A stretch of DNA of 64,000 nucleotides from a virus (lineage: Duplodnaviria; Caudoviricetes), in the IMG/VR virus record IMGVR_UViG_3300033073_001109, positions 1 to 64,000 of that record; one strand, written 5' to 3'. Below are positions 1-10,685 of the stretch, piece after piece. The notes under the pieces were generated by a model that did no database searches, was not told the origin of the DNA, and saw only the letters and a program-made list of their open reading frames with translations. A program made the translations under genes and the position numbers. How positions within the stretch are numbered: position 1 is the first letter of the stretch; each line of letters opens with the position of its first letter.

Positions 1-1
1 A

Positions 2-457
2 AATATAGGTCAAGTTTTTGTAGGACCATTTGGCGGTGGCGGCACCGGAATACCAAATGTACCAGTTGAATTGGGTGACAGTTATTCTGGTAACACTGGA
101 TTTCCTACCGCAATTGTCAATGATCAAGTTCCTGTTGGGTCAAGAGTCTATGTTCAATGGACCTATGATGCCTATGTTGGTAGTACAGAAAATGCATTGG
201 TAGACATGGGCGTTGTGTCTGCGGTGTATAAAAGTGGCGCCCAATCTTATGTTATGGTATCAAACCCCTATGGAGTAAAACGACCATTTTATGCTCCAGA
301 CCCAGTGAGTGGATTTATAAATTCAAACATTGTGGCCTATGGGGCCACTAGGGTTCTGATTTCTTATGCATCGGGCGTTGGTACAACAAAACGTGAAACT
401 AGCACCGGAAGTTTGATGGTCAGCGGGTATTTTGACGAGGTTAACAAACCCACCTAA
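2..457 (+). CDS. Hypothetical (probably virion) protein, 5'-partial
   Basis: Frame is open from base 2 (NIGQVFVGPFGGGG...) to TAA at 455-457, so the TTG at 71 in the track is internal; lies upstream of the fibre genes. Confidence 0.6.
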   Translation, partial: NIGQVFVGPFGGGGTGIPNVPVELGDSYSGNTGFPTAIVNDQVPVGSRVYVQWTYDAYVGSTENALVDMGVVSAVYKSGAQSYVMVSNPYGVKRPFYAPDPVSGFINSNIVAYGATRVLISYASGVGTTKRETSTGSLMVSGYFDEVNKPT

Positions 458-479
458 ACACTGAATAAATAGAGATACC

Positions 480-3400
480 ATGGCAAAATTACTATCAGGC
501 ACACAGATTTACGGAAATTTAATAGTAGACACGTTTGTTACGGCTACGGGAAATGTAATTTCGTCGGCCAATGTTGTTGGTGGTAATTTAACAACTTCTG
601 GACAAATTTCGGCTTCGGGAAACATTACAGGAAATTATATCCTGGGCAATGGCTACTTCTTAACTGGTGTTATTACATCAGTGGCAAATATCAACAATGG
701 TACCAGCAACATCACAGTTGTAAGTGCTGGTGGAAACATCACAGTAGGTGTTGGCGGCACTTCAAATGTAGTGGTTTTTGCTAGCACCGGCGAGTATGTT
801 TCGGGAGTGATTAGTGCAACCGGCAACATCACTGGTGGAAATTTAATAGGTACAAATGTATCAGGTACGTTAACTACTGCAAGCCAGCCCAACATCACTG
901 CTGTTGGTACGCTAACAAGTCTTAATTCTGGTACCATTAGTTCCAGTGGCAATGTTACTGGAGCTAATATCAATACTGGCGGATTAATATCTGCTACTGG
1001 CAACATCACAGGCGGAAATTTATCCACTGGCGGAACTGCTACTATTATAGGTAATGTCACTGGTGGGAATATTGTTACTGCTGGATTAATATCTGCTGCT
1101 GGCAACATTACAGGTGGAAATCTATCTACTAGCGCATTGATTCAAGGTGCTGTTGTCAGTGCAACTGGTAACGTTGTTGGCGGTAATGTAACTACTACAG
1201 GTTTGATTAGTGCCACTGGTGATGTAACTAGTGGCAATGTTTTCACAAGTGGTTTAGTATCGGCCACAGGCAATGTTGTTGGAGGTAACGTAACAACAGC
1301 AGGACTGGTTACAGCTACAGGCAACATCACTGGCGGCAATATTCTCACAAGTGGTTTAGTATCGGCTACAGGCAATGTTGTTGGTGGTAACTTAATTACT
1401 TCTGCATTAATTCAAGGTGCTGTTGTTAGTGCAACCGGTAACGTAATTAGTGGAAATATAAACACTGCCGGAACTGTTTCAGCAACAGGTACAATTACCA
1501 GTGGCAATTTGGCCACAGGCGGAACAGCCAGTGCTACAGGAAATATTACTGGTGGTAATATTATTACTGCTGGAATTATGTCCAGCACAGGAAATGCCAC
1601 TCACGGAAATATATTAACCAGCGGACAAGTCAGTGCCACTGGTAACATCACAGCAGGTAATGTCAATGCTGGCGCTAATGTGTTTGCCACAACACATACT
1701 GGTACTACAGTTAGTGTTTCGGGCAATGTCAACGGCGGCAATATCATTGGTACTACTTTGATTCAAGGTACTACCGTAAGTGCAAGTGGCAACGTTATTG
1801 GTGGTAATGTTACAACCGCTGGTCAGTTGATATCCACGGTCAGCAACGGTACAGCACCTTTGGTTGTAACGTCAACTACTAAAGTTACTAACTTAAACGC
1901 TGAACAAGTAGACGGATATCATGCCGATACTGCAAATATTGTGTCCACAGTTGTGGTTCGAGATTCGGCTGCAAACATCACCGCCGCCAATTTCAATGGC
2001 TCTGGAGTAAGTGTAACTGCTAACGTTACTGGCGGAAATATTATTACAACCGGTGCGGTTAGTGCAACTGGTGCTGGCTCATTTGGTGCAGGTCTGAATG
2101 TTACTGGTAACCTCAACGTTACTGGTAATCTAAATTATCAAAATGTAACTGATTTGGTAGTAGGAGATCCGCTGATTTATATTGGCGCTAATAACACATC
2201 AAACTTAGTTGACTTAGGTATTGTAGCAAGTGCTAACGTGGCCAATGTGTATCAACACACGGGCTTTGTAAGAGATCACACGGACAACACCTGGAAGTTG
2301 TTTTCTAATGTTGTTGCCGAACCTACCACTGTAATTGACTGGGCAAATTCAGTTTACGCTCCACTAAATGTTGGTGCTTTCTTTGCTAATTCCACTGTTA
2401 GTGCAACTGGCAACATTGTTGGCGGAAATATTTCTACTGCTGGACAAATCAGTGCCGCTGGCAATATCACAGCAGGAAATGTTAATGGCGGTGCTAATGT
2501 TTATGCTACAACACACACTGGCACTACAGTATCAGTAAGCGGCAACGTTACTGGCGGTAATTTAATTAGTTCTGCTACAATTCAAAGTCAAACTGTTAGT
2601 GCAACTGGCAACATTGTTGGCGGAAATATTTCTACTGCTGGTTTAATTAGTACTGGTAGCCTAAGTTCGAGTGGTAACATAATTGCGCCATTGGTCAGTT
2701 CAACTGGTAATGTAGTTGGTGGTAACTTATTAACCGCTGGGTTAGTATCGGCCACAGGTAATGTTGTTGGTGGCAACTTAACTACTGCTGGATCAATTTC
2801 GGCCGCTGGCGCTATCACATCAGGCGGTGATTATTCATTAACTGGTAATATTGTTGACACTGGTACGTTATGGATTAATACCTTAGCCAACGGCAATATT
2901 AACTTGAATGTTGACGGAACTGGTCAAACTAATATACCAACTGGTATTCTCAATGTCACTGGTAATGTAGTTGGTGGTAACTTATTAACCGCTGGCTTGA
3001 TATCAGCAACAGGTAATGCTACTGCTGGAAATATATCAACGGCTGGATTGGTCACTGCAACTGGCAACGTCAACACTGCTGCTGGTGTACTGGCCACTGG
3101 AAACATACAAGGCGGTAATTTAAGAACTGCTGGATTGATATCTGCTACTGGTGCAATAACTGGTGCTGCAATAACTGGCACAAGTACAGTTACGTTCTCA
3201 ACCACAACTGGCACAATTGGCATAGGTACTAGTCAAACAACTGGTACAACCACTATTGGTGGTACAGGACAAACTGGCAACATTTTGATTGGCCAGAGCA
3301 CCGCCACACAAATTTTAAACATTGGCACAGGTGCTACATCTAGCGCCAACATCAAATCAATCAACATTGCGGCCAATGGTGTTGCAAACTCTGTTAGCAA

Positions 3401-6400
3401 CGTGACAATTTTTAGTGGTGTGGCTGGCAACAGCACGTTGACTATTGGCGCCTCTACAGGTAACACCACAGTAAGTTACACCAGCAATGCCATAGTTGCC
3501 ATTGCTAACACTGGGGGCTCTGCACTCAGTGTAGCAGGTAACATCACAGGCGGTAATATCATAACTGCTGGGTTAATATCTGCAACAAGTACAATTACTT
3601 CGGCTGCTAATATCACTGGTGGTAACATTCTAACAGGCGGCCAAATTAGTGCCACAGGCAATATCACAGGTGGTAATTTAACACTTGCCGCCAATGGTAC
3701 TATTACGTTAAGTGGTACTGCTTCGTCATTAATCGGAGCCAATTTGGTAAGTGCAACCAACTTAACCGGTACATTGACTACGGCTGCACAGCCAAATATT
3801 ACGTCTGTTGGCACATTGACCAGTTTAAATTCTGGCACTATTAGTTCAAGTGGCAATGTTACTGGTGCAAATATTAATACCGCAGGATTAATTTCTGCTA
3901 CAGGTAATGTCACTAGCGGCAACCTTATCAGTAACGGGCTGATATCAGCCACTGGTAGAATCTTTGCAGCCAACGGAAGCCTGACACAACCAAGTATTGC
4001 TTTCTCTGGAGATACAGGACAAGATTCAGGATTCTTTTTGCTTGCTGACGGCAACATTGGTGTAACAACCAATGCTGGTACCAGGGCAATATTCTTTGAC
4101 AGTGGAATTAATGTTCCTGGTCTTGTATCGGCAAGTGGCAACATTACTAGTGGCAACGTCAATACCGGCGGATTAATCACAGCTACAGGCAACATCACTG
4201 GCGGCAATTTAATTACTTCAACTTTGGTACAAGGAGCTACTGTCAGCGCCTCTGGCAACGTTGTTGGTGGAAATGTTAACACTGCTGGACAAATTAGTGC
4301 CACTGGTAACATAAGAGGCGGAAATATTATTGCATCAGGCATTGTTTCTGCTAACGATAATTTGATTATCAACAGCACCGGCGCTGAAGGCGGACAATTG
4401 GTTATTGGCTGGGCCAATATAAATGGTCTAACCGGACAGGCCAATTCTACTTGGAACTTAGACGTTGACGGCAGCAACTCTCTAAGAGCATTTTATCAAA
4501 ATGCCTTGGGTGCTGCACAAGTTTTAATACAGGCTAGTCCTACCAGTAACACTGTATCATTCCCTGCATCAGGTGTAGTCAGCGCCGCAGGCAACATTGC
4601 CACAGGCGGATTTTTTATCGGTAATGGTAGCCAACTCACAGGCGTCATATCAACTGCTAATACTATTTTAAATGGTACTTCTAATGTAGTAGTGCAACCC
4701 AGTAGTAATATAGTTGCCAACGTAGCAGGCACTTGGTCAGCGCAATTCACTTCTTCGGGGTTAATGGCCAATACTGTATGGGCCAATAACAACGGTAGTG
4801 GCACTAATTTCCGTGTTGGAGACGATGTTTGGATCGGCGATATCAACATAGCCGATACTATGAGTATTCGTGGACAGCAAAATGCAGCCAATGCCTATAT
4901 TGTATTTGGCAATGCTGATGGCACACAATTGGGCCGTGCAGGTTCAGGACCACTGACTTACGGTGGTGCTTTTAGTGCCGCAGGCAACGTAACTGGTGCA
5001 AATATTGTTACAGCAGGACTGGTTACAGCCACAGGCAATATCACTGGTGGCAATGTTCTCACAAGTGGTTTGCTGTCATCAACAGGCAACATAAACGGTG
5101 GCAATGTAATATCAGTGGCACTGGTACAAGGTGCTACAGTTTCGGCCAGTGGAAATGTTGTTGGTTCAAGATTGCTAGTTGGTAGCGGTAGTGCATCAGC
5201 ACCTGGCGTAACATTCTCTTCAGATATATCTCAAGATACTGGTTTTTACTGGGTATCAGACGGCAATATTGGCGTAACAACCAACGGAACATTAAGAGCA
5301 CAATTTTATGACACTGGTTTCAGTGTAGTTGGTACCATTGTTACTGGAAACTTAGACAGTAGCGGCCGTGTAAGCGCAGTTGGAAATGTCACAGGTGGAA
5401 ATGTAATCAGTTCTGCTTTGGTACAAGGTGTTACTGTCAGTGCATCAGGTAACGTTGTTGGTGGTAATGTAACAACAACCGGTTTGGTTAGTGCCGCTGG
5501 TAACGTAACAGGCACTAATATTACCACTGGAGGCAATGTTGTAGCTACAGGAAATGTTTCTGGTGGCAACGTAGCGGCTGTTACCAATGTATATTCTTTT
5601 GGCACAATGCAGGCAGTGAGTAATATCACTGGTGGCAATATTTTAACAGCGGGCATTACCAGTGCCACCGGCAATGTCACAGGCGGTAATATTGTAACAG
5701 GCGGCCAAATTAGTGCTACAGGCAATATCACAGGTGGCAATATTAGTGCTACCAATCACACAGGAACCACTGTTTCTGTGTCAGGTAATGTCACAGGTGG
5801 CAACTTAACTACTGCCGGTCAAGTAACCGCCACAGGCAACATCACTGGCGGGAATATAAACACAGCCGGACAACTAAGCGTTACAGGAGCAGCCTATATT
5901 GGAGGTGGACTCAGTGTAATTGGTAACATTACTGCTTCGGGCAATCTAAACTACACCAATGTTACTGATTTGGTAGTAGGCGACCCACTGATTTATATTG
6001 GCGCAAATAACACATCAAACCTAGTAGATCTAGGTATTGTGGCCAGCGCCAACGTGGCCAATGTGTATCAACACACAGGTTTTGTAAGAGATCACAATGA
6101 CAATACCTGGAAAGTATTCTCTAACGTTGTTGCTGAACCAACCACTGTAATTGACTGGGCGAATGCGGTGTACGCACCACTAAGCTCAGGTGCATTCTAT
6201 TCAAATACTACAATAAGTGCTCTTGGAAACATCACTGGTGGAAATGTAACTACCGCAGGAAGAATAAGTTCTACAGGTAACGTTGTTGGTGGTAATGTAA
6301 CCACTGTGGGGTTGATCTCTGCTACTGGTAATATCACTGGTGGCAATGTAACAACAGCAGGCCTGCTGTCTGTTACAGGTAACGTTACTGGTGGCAATGT

Positions 6401-7676
6401 AGTTAGTCTAGCTCTTGTACAAGGTGTTACAGTGTCTGCTACAGGAAACGTAGCAGGTGGCAACGTAATTAGTTCTGCTTTGGTACAAGGTGTTACTGTC
6501 AGTGCATCAGGTAATGTCACAGGCGGTAATTTGCTTACAAGTGGCTTGATCAGTGCCACCGGCAACATCACAGGCGGTAATATTGCTACTTCTGGACTGT
6601 TGACAGTCACTGGCAACGTAACCAGCGGAAATGTGATATCTACTGCATTGTTACAGGGTGTTACTGTCAGTGCATCGGGTAACTTAATAGGCGGCAATGT
6701 TACCACAGCAGGTTTAATTTCTGCCACTGGTAATATTACCGGTGGCAATATCAGTGCCACCAATCACACAGGAACCACTGTTTCTGTGTCAGGTAATGTC
6801 ACAGGTGGAAATATAACCACAGCAGGTTTGATATCTGCTGCGGGTAATGTAACAGGTGGTAACTTTATCAGCACTGGATTGGTATCAGCAACTGGTAACT
6901 TAGTAGGCGGTAATGTAACTACAATTGGAATTGTATCAGCCACTGGTAACATCACTGGCGGCAATGTTACTACAGCAGGTTTAATTTCTGCCACTGGTAA
7001 TATTACCGGTGGCAATATCAGTGCTACCAATTACACAGGTACTACAGTTTCTGTTACAGGCAACGTCAATGGCGGTAATGTAATTTCTAGTGCATTGGTG
7101 CAAGGTGCTACAGTATCTGCTACTGGTAATATCACAGGTGGAAATATTGCTACTGTTGGGCTAGTTAGTGCAACAGGCAACATCACTGGCGCCTATTTCT
7201 TGGGCAACGGAAGCCAACTCACTGGCATAACAACTGCGGCATTTAAAAATATTCTAGTTTCTGGGCAAAGCACAGTTGTAGCAGATTCCACAGGTAATGT
7301 TACGTTTGTTGGTGCTGGCGGCTTGGGCATAACCACAAATGCCACAACAGATACTGTTACTTTTACTCAAGAAGCCAATCCTTTTGTAACCGGCGGAACA
7401 CTGGGCACAGTTGATGTGGCTGCGTCCGGAGCAAGTTATGATTTTGGACTAATTTCTGATGCTATTGACACATACTACGATCTAGGATTAGTTGCAATAA
7501 CTGGCCCAGTTTACCCAGACCAACTCAAATTGCCTAGTTACACAGTTCTTACTTTGCCAGGAGCTACCCCAGCAGGATGCATGATTTTTGTAACCGATGC
7601 TTCGGGAGGATCAATTCCAGCGTTTGCAGACGGTGCAAACTGGCGCAGAGTAGATGACCGAACTATTATTTCATAA
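480..7676 (+). CDS. Giant repeat-rich tail-fibre-like protein (2398 aa)
   Basis: Dominated by S-A-T-G-N-I/V-T-G-G-N repeats; fibre-type inserts; C-terminal LPSYTV...FVTDASGG..PAFADGANWRRV motif typical of phage fibres; AATAAATA 8 nt upstream of the ATG. Confidence 0.75.
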   Translation: MAKLLSGTQIYGNLIVDTFVTATGNVISSANVVGGNLTTSGQISASGNITGNYILGNGYFLTGVITSVANINNGTSNITVVSAGGNITVGVGGTSNVVVFASTGEYVSGVISATGNITGGNLIGTNVSGTLTTASQPNITAVGTLTSLNSGTISSSGNVTGANINTGGLISATGNITGGNLSTGGTATIIGNVTGGNIVTAGLISAAGNITGGNLSTSALIQGAVVSATGNVVGGNVTTTGLISATGDVTSGNVFTSGLVSATGNVVGGNVTTAGLVTATGNITGGNILTSGLVSATGNVVGGNLITSALIQGAVVSATGNVISGNINTAGTVSATGTITSGNLATGGTASATGNITGGNIITAGIMSSTGNATHGNILTSGQVSATGNITAGNVNAGANVFATTHTGTTVSVSGNVNGGNIIGTTLIQGTTVSASGNVIGGNVTTAGQLISTVSNGTAPLVVTSTTKVTNLNAEQVDGYHADTANIVSTVVVRDSAANITAANFNGSGVSVTANVTGGNIITTGAVSATGAGSFGAGLNVTGNLNVTGNLNYQNVTDLVVGDPLIYIGANNTSNLVDLGIVASANVANVYQHTGFVRDHTDNTWKLFSNVVAEPTTVIDWANSVYAPLNVGAFFANSTVSATGNIVGGNISTAGQISAAGNITAGNVNGGANVYATTHTGTTVSVSGNVTGGNLISSATIQSQTVSATGNIVGGNISTAGLISTGSLSSSGNIIAPLVSSTGNVVGGNLLTAGLVSATGNVVGGNLTTAGSISAAGAITSGGDYSLTGNIVDTGTLWINTLANGNINLNVDGTGQTNIPTGILNVTGNVVGGNLLTAGLISATGNATAGNISTAGLVTATGNVNTAAGVLATGNIQGGNLRTAGLISATGAITGAAITGTSTVTFSTTTGTIGIGTSQTTGTTTIGGTGQTGNILIGQSTATQILNIGTGATSSANIKSINIAANGVANSVSNVTIFSGVAGNSTLTIGASTGNTTVSYTSNAIVAIANTGGSALSVAGNITGGNIITAGLISATSTITSAANITGGNILTGGQISATGNITGGNLTLAANGTITLSGTASSLIGANLVSATNLTGTLTTAAQPNITSVGTLTSLNSGTISSSGNVTGANINTAGLISATGNVTSGNLISNGLISATGRIFAANGSLTQPSIAFSGDTGQDSGFFLLADGNIGVTTNAGTRAIFFDSGINVPGLVSASGNITSGNVNTGGLITATGNITGGNLITSTLVQGATVSASGNVVGGNVNTAGQISATGNIRGGNIIASGIVSANDNLIINSTGAEGGQLVIGWANINGLTGQANSTWNLDVDGSNSLRAFYQNALGAAQVLIQASPTSNTVSFPASGVVSAAGNIATGGFFIGNGSQLTGVISTANTILNGTSNVVVQPSSNIVANVAGTWSAQFTSSGLMANTVWANNNGSGTNFRVGDDVWIGDINIADTMSIRGQQNAANAYIVFGNADGTQLGRAGSGPLTYGGAFSAAGNVTGANIVTAGLVTATGNITGGNVLTSGLLSSTGNINGGNVISVALVQGATVSASGNVVGSRLLVGSGSASAPGVTFSSDISQDTGFYWVSDGNIGVTTNGTLRAQFYDTGFSVVGTIVTGNLDSSGRVSAVGNVTGGNVISSALVQGVTVSASGNVVGGNVTTTGLVSAAGNVTGTNITTGGNVVATGNVSGGNVAAVTNVYSFGTMQAVSNITGGNILTAGITSATGNVTGGNIVTGGQISATGNITGGNISATNHTGTTVSVSGNVTGGNLTTAGQVTATGNITGGNINTAGQLSVTGAAYIGGGLSVIGNITASGNLNYTNVTDLVVGDPLIYIGANNTSNLVDLGIVASANVANVYQHTGFVRDHNDNTWKVFSNVVAEPTTVIDWANAVYAPLSSGAFYSNTTISALGNITGGNVTTAGRISSTGNVVGGNVTTVGLISATGNITGGNVTTAGLLSVTGNVTGGNVVSLALVQGVTVSATGNVAGGNVISSALVQGVTVSASGNVTGGNLLTSGLISATGNITGGNIATSGLLTVTGNVTSGNVISTALLQGVTVSASGNLIGGNVTTAGLISATGNITGGNISATNHTGTTVSVSGNVTGGNITTAGLISAAGNVTGGNFISTGLVSATGNLVGGNVTTIGIVSATGNITGGNVTTAGLISATGNITGGNISATNYTGTTVSVTGNVNGGNVISSALVQGATVSATGNITGGNIATVGLVSATGNITGAYFLGNGSQLTGITTAAFKNILVSGQSTVVADSTGNVTFVGAGGLGITTNATTDTVTFTQEANPFVTGGTLGTVDVAASGASYDFGLISDAIDTYYDLGLVAITGPVYPDQLKLPSYTVLTLPGATPAGCMIFVTDASGGSIPAFADGANWRRVDDRTIIS

Positions 7677-7697
7677 ATAACGCTATAGGATTTAGAC

Positions 7698-10685
7698 ATG
7701 TCAACTCAAGTACAATATCGACGCGGTACGCAGGCTCAAAACGATGCGTTTACAGGAGCACTAGCAGAAATTACAGTTGATACCACCAACTGGGCTCTTC
7801 GTGTTCACGATGGTGTTACTCCTGGCGGAACTTCTACGGTCAGTGCCAATAGTTCAGCACAACTTCAAACTGGCAATTTGCTGCCACAGGCAAACATAAC
7901 TTACAATCTTGGTTCTGCTACCAAAATGTGGAAAAGTTTGTATGTGTCTGGCAACACCATTTATCTAGGAAATTTACAACTCAAAGAAGCCAGCGCAAAT
8001 ACTTTTGCTGTTTTTACTAGTGACGGTATAACACAGGCCAACGTTGACGTTGGCAACATTGATGTAAGTTCGATTACTCAAGGAACTTCTAGCATTGGTA
8101 TTGCCGCAACCAATGGTAATGCGGTTATCACAGTTGGAGGAACATCCAACGTTGTAGTAGTGGCCACCACTGGATCTTACACAACAGGTTTGGCCAGTGT
8201 AACTGGCAACGTGATTGGTGGAAATATAACCACAGCAGGACTGGTTACAGCAACAGGCAACGTCAACGGCGGCAACATAATTTCTGCTGCTTTAGTGCAA
8301 GGAGTTACTGTCAGTGCTTCAGGTAACGTTGTTGGTGGCAACGTAACCACAGCAGGTTTGATATCTGCTGCTGGTACTATCGATGGTGCAAATTTAAGAA
8401 CCACAGGTCTGGTAACTGCTACAGGTAACGTCACAGGCGGCAACATTTTAACTACTGGATATGTTACGGCCACTGGCAATGTTGGAGGAGGAAATCTTCT
8501 AACCGCCGGCTTAATTTCTGCCACCGGTGCAATTACTGGTGCCGCTATCACTGGTACAAGTTTGACAGTGAGCACTGGTAATATCACTGCTGGTAACTTG
8601 ATAATCAGCGGCGCCATTGTTGATTCAGCACAACTTGACATTCAAACATCTGCTGCCAATGCAAACATTGTGTTAACGCCCAACGGTACTGGTAACGTCA
8701 ATATTGGTCGCATGAGCGCCAGCGGCAACATTACTTCCACAGCATTTTACGGACCATTGGTTGGAGCGGTATCTAGTTCAACAACAGTCAGTGCTACAGG
8801 CAACGTCAACGGTGGCAACATAATTTCTGCTGCTTTAGTGCAAGGAGTTACTGTCAGTGCTTCGGGTAACGTGATTGGTGGAAATGTAACCACAGCAGGA
8901 CTTATTTCAGCAACAGGTAACATCACTGGCGGTAACTTGAGTGGTACCAGCATTGTTGGCACTCTAACCACAGCCGCACAAACCAACATTACATCTGTTG
9001 GTACACTGGGTAGTTTAACGGTCACTGCCAACGTAGCCGGTGGTAATTTAACCACAGCAGGTCAGGTCAGTGCCACTGCTAACATTACTGGTGGCAACAT
9101 CAGAACTGCTGGTGTAGTATCGGCCACTGGGGCAGGTATCTTTGGCGGAGGCCTAAGCGTAGTTGGAAACATCACAGCTTCGGGTAATATTAACTACCAG
9201 AGTGTAACTGATTTGGTTGTGGGCGATCCGCTGATTTATATTGGCGCTAACAATACATCAAACTTGGTTGATTTAGGTATTGTTGGAAGTTATAACAACG
9301 GTGTGTACTACCATACTGGAGTTGCTAGAAACTACACCAGCGGGGTCTGGACCTTCTTTGATGGTGTAGTTAACGAACCCACCACAGTAATTGATTGGGC
9401 TAATGCTACATATCCAACTGTGAAAATGGGCGCTGGACAATTTACATCCACAGCCAGTGCTGCGGGAAATATCACCGGTGGCAATATATTAACAGCAGGG
9501 CTGATATCAGCCACTGGCAACATCACTGGCGGCAATTTGTCAGGCACCAGCATTGTTGGCACATTGACTACAGCGGCACAAACCAATATTACGTCAGTAG
9601 GTACACTGGGTTCATTGGCAGTTACAGGTAACATCACCGCAGGTAACCTAACTGGTGCTACACTGGTAAGTGCTACTAGTTTGGCTGGTACTCTAACCAC
9701 AGCGGCACAAACCAATATTACGTCAGTAGGTACACTGGGTTCATTGGCAGTTACAGGTAACATCACCGCAGGTAACCTAACTGGTGCTACATTAGTCAGT
9801 GCCACAAACTTAACTGGTACGTTGACTACAGCATCACAAACCAATATTACGTCAGTAGGTACACTGGGTTCATTGGCAGTTACAGGTAACATCACCGCAG
9901 GTAACATCACTGCCACACATTATGGCTCAGGCGCCGGCCTAAGCTCAATCACTGGTGCTAACGTAACTGGTACAGTTTCTAGTGCTGCATCGGCTACTTC
10001 AGCGACCACTGCTGGTACTGTTACTAATGCGGCTCAAGCCAATATTACATCAGTTGGCACATTGACCAGTCTTGCAGTTACAGGTAACATCACAGCAGGT
10101 AACATTTCAGCAACTAACCATACAGGTACAGCAGTAAGTGTTACTGGCAGCATCACCGGTGCTGGTATTACTGGCACAAGTTTAACTGTTTCAACAGGTA
10201 ACGTTACCGCAGGTAACATTGTCAATGCTAACGCCAATGGCGTCGGCAACGTTGGCAGTGCAACTAACTACTTCAATACAGTATTTGGTAAAGCAACTAC
10301 AGCTCAATATGCCGACTTGGCAGAAATGTATTCTGCAGATGCCGCCTACCCTCCAGGAACTGTGTTAGAATTTGGCGGCGCCAATGAAGTCACATTGAGT
10401 TTGTCCGCAGGAAGCAATCGCATTGCTGGGGTGGTTTCTACCAATCCAGCACACCTAATGAACTCTGTTCTTACCAGCGAACATGCTGTAGCGGTGGCAT
10501 TGACAGGTCGAGTTCCAACTTCTGTGGTGGGCACTGTGGCTAAAGGCGACATGATGGTGTCAGGAGGCAATGGTGTTGCTGTGGCCTGTGCTACACCAGC
10601 AATTGGTACAGTAATTGGTAAAGCTCTGGAAAATTACAACAGCGAAGCACCTGGAGTAATTGAAGTTGTAGTAGGCAGACTCTAA
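7698..10685 (+). CDS. Tail fibre with Mtd_N/hyaluronidase-like N-terminal anchor and C-terminal intramolecular chaperone (Peptidase_G2/IMC-like)
   Basis: N-term MSTQVQYRRGT..ND.FTGALAEITVDT...LRVHDGVTPGG; C-term YADLAEMY...GTVLEFGG...IAGVVST.PA.LMN...VAL.GRVP..V.G...KGD...IGKALE. Confidence 0.8.
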   Translation: MSTQVQYRRGTQAQNDAFTGALAEITVDTTNWALRVHDGVTPGGTSTVSANSSAQLQTGNLLPQANITYNLGSATKMWKSLYVSGNTIYLGNLQLKEASANTFAVFTSDGITQANVDVGNIDVSSITQGTSSIGIAATNGNAVITVGGTSNVVVVATTGSYTTGLASVTGNVIGGNITTAGLVTATGNVNGGNIISAALVQGVTVSASGNVVGGNVTTAGLISAAGTIDGANLRTTGLVTATGNVTGGNILTTGYVTATGNVGGGNLLTAGLISATGAITGAAITGTSLTVSTGNITAGNLIISGAIVDSAQLDIQTSAANANIVLTPNGTGNVNIGRMSASGNITSTAFYGPLVGAVSSSTTVSATGNVNGGNIISAALVQGVTVSASGNVIGGNVTTAGLISATGNITGGNLSGTSIVGTLTTAAQTNITSVGTLGSLTVTANVAGGNLTTAGQVSATANITGGNIRTAGVVSATGAGIFGGGLSVVGNITASGNINYQSVTDLVVGDPLIYIGANNTSNLVDLGIVGSYNNGVYYHTGVARNYTSGVWTFFDGVVNEPTTVIDWANATYPTVKMGAGQFTSTASAAGNITGGNILTAGLISATGNITGGNLSGTSIVGTLTTAAQTNITSVGTLGSLAVTGNITAGNLTGATLVSATSLAGTLTTAAQTNITSVGTLGSLAVTGNITAGNLTGATLVSATNLTGTLTTASQTNITSVGTLGSLAVTGNITAGNITATHYGSGAGLSSITGANVTGTVSSAASATSATTAGTVTNAAQANITSVGTLTSLAVTGNITAGNISATNHTGTAVSVTGSITGAGITGTSLTVSTGNVTAGNIVNANANGVGNVGSATNYFNTVFGKATTAQYADLAEMYSADAAYPPGTVLEFGGANEVTLSLSAGSNRIAGVVSTNPAHLMNSVLTSEHAVAVALTGRVPTSVVGTVAKGDMMVSGGNGVAVACATPAIGTVIGKALENYNSEAPGVIEVVVGRL
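9571..9908 (+). repeat. 129-bp (43-aa) tandem repeat, about 3 copies, near-identical at DNA level
   Basis: Unit starts CAGCGGCACAAACCAATATTACGTCAGTAGG at 9571 and 9700, and CAGCATCACAAACCAATATTACG at 9829. Confidence 0.9.

Noticed and set aside
653-10570. Many long minus-strand ORFs rich in P, V, L, T (for example 3476..4477, 6197..6763)
   Set aside because: Antisense shadows of the GGN/ACN/AAY repeat codons of the fibre genes; no SD or promoters and no independent features
7698-10685. Diversity-generating retroelement suggested by the Mtd_N-like domain
   Set aside because: No reverse transcriptase, and no TR/VR pair differing only at adenines; the C-terminus is a chaperone domain, not a C-type lectin fold
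480-10685. CRISPR array or collagen-like repeat
   Set aside because: Repeats are in-frame, degenerate at third positions, lack unique spacers, and are not Gly-X-Y periodic
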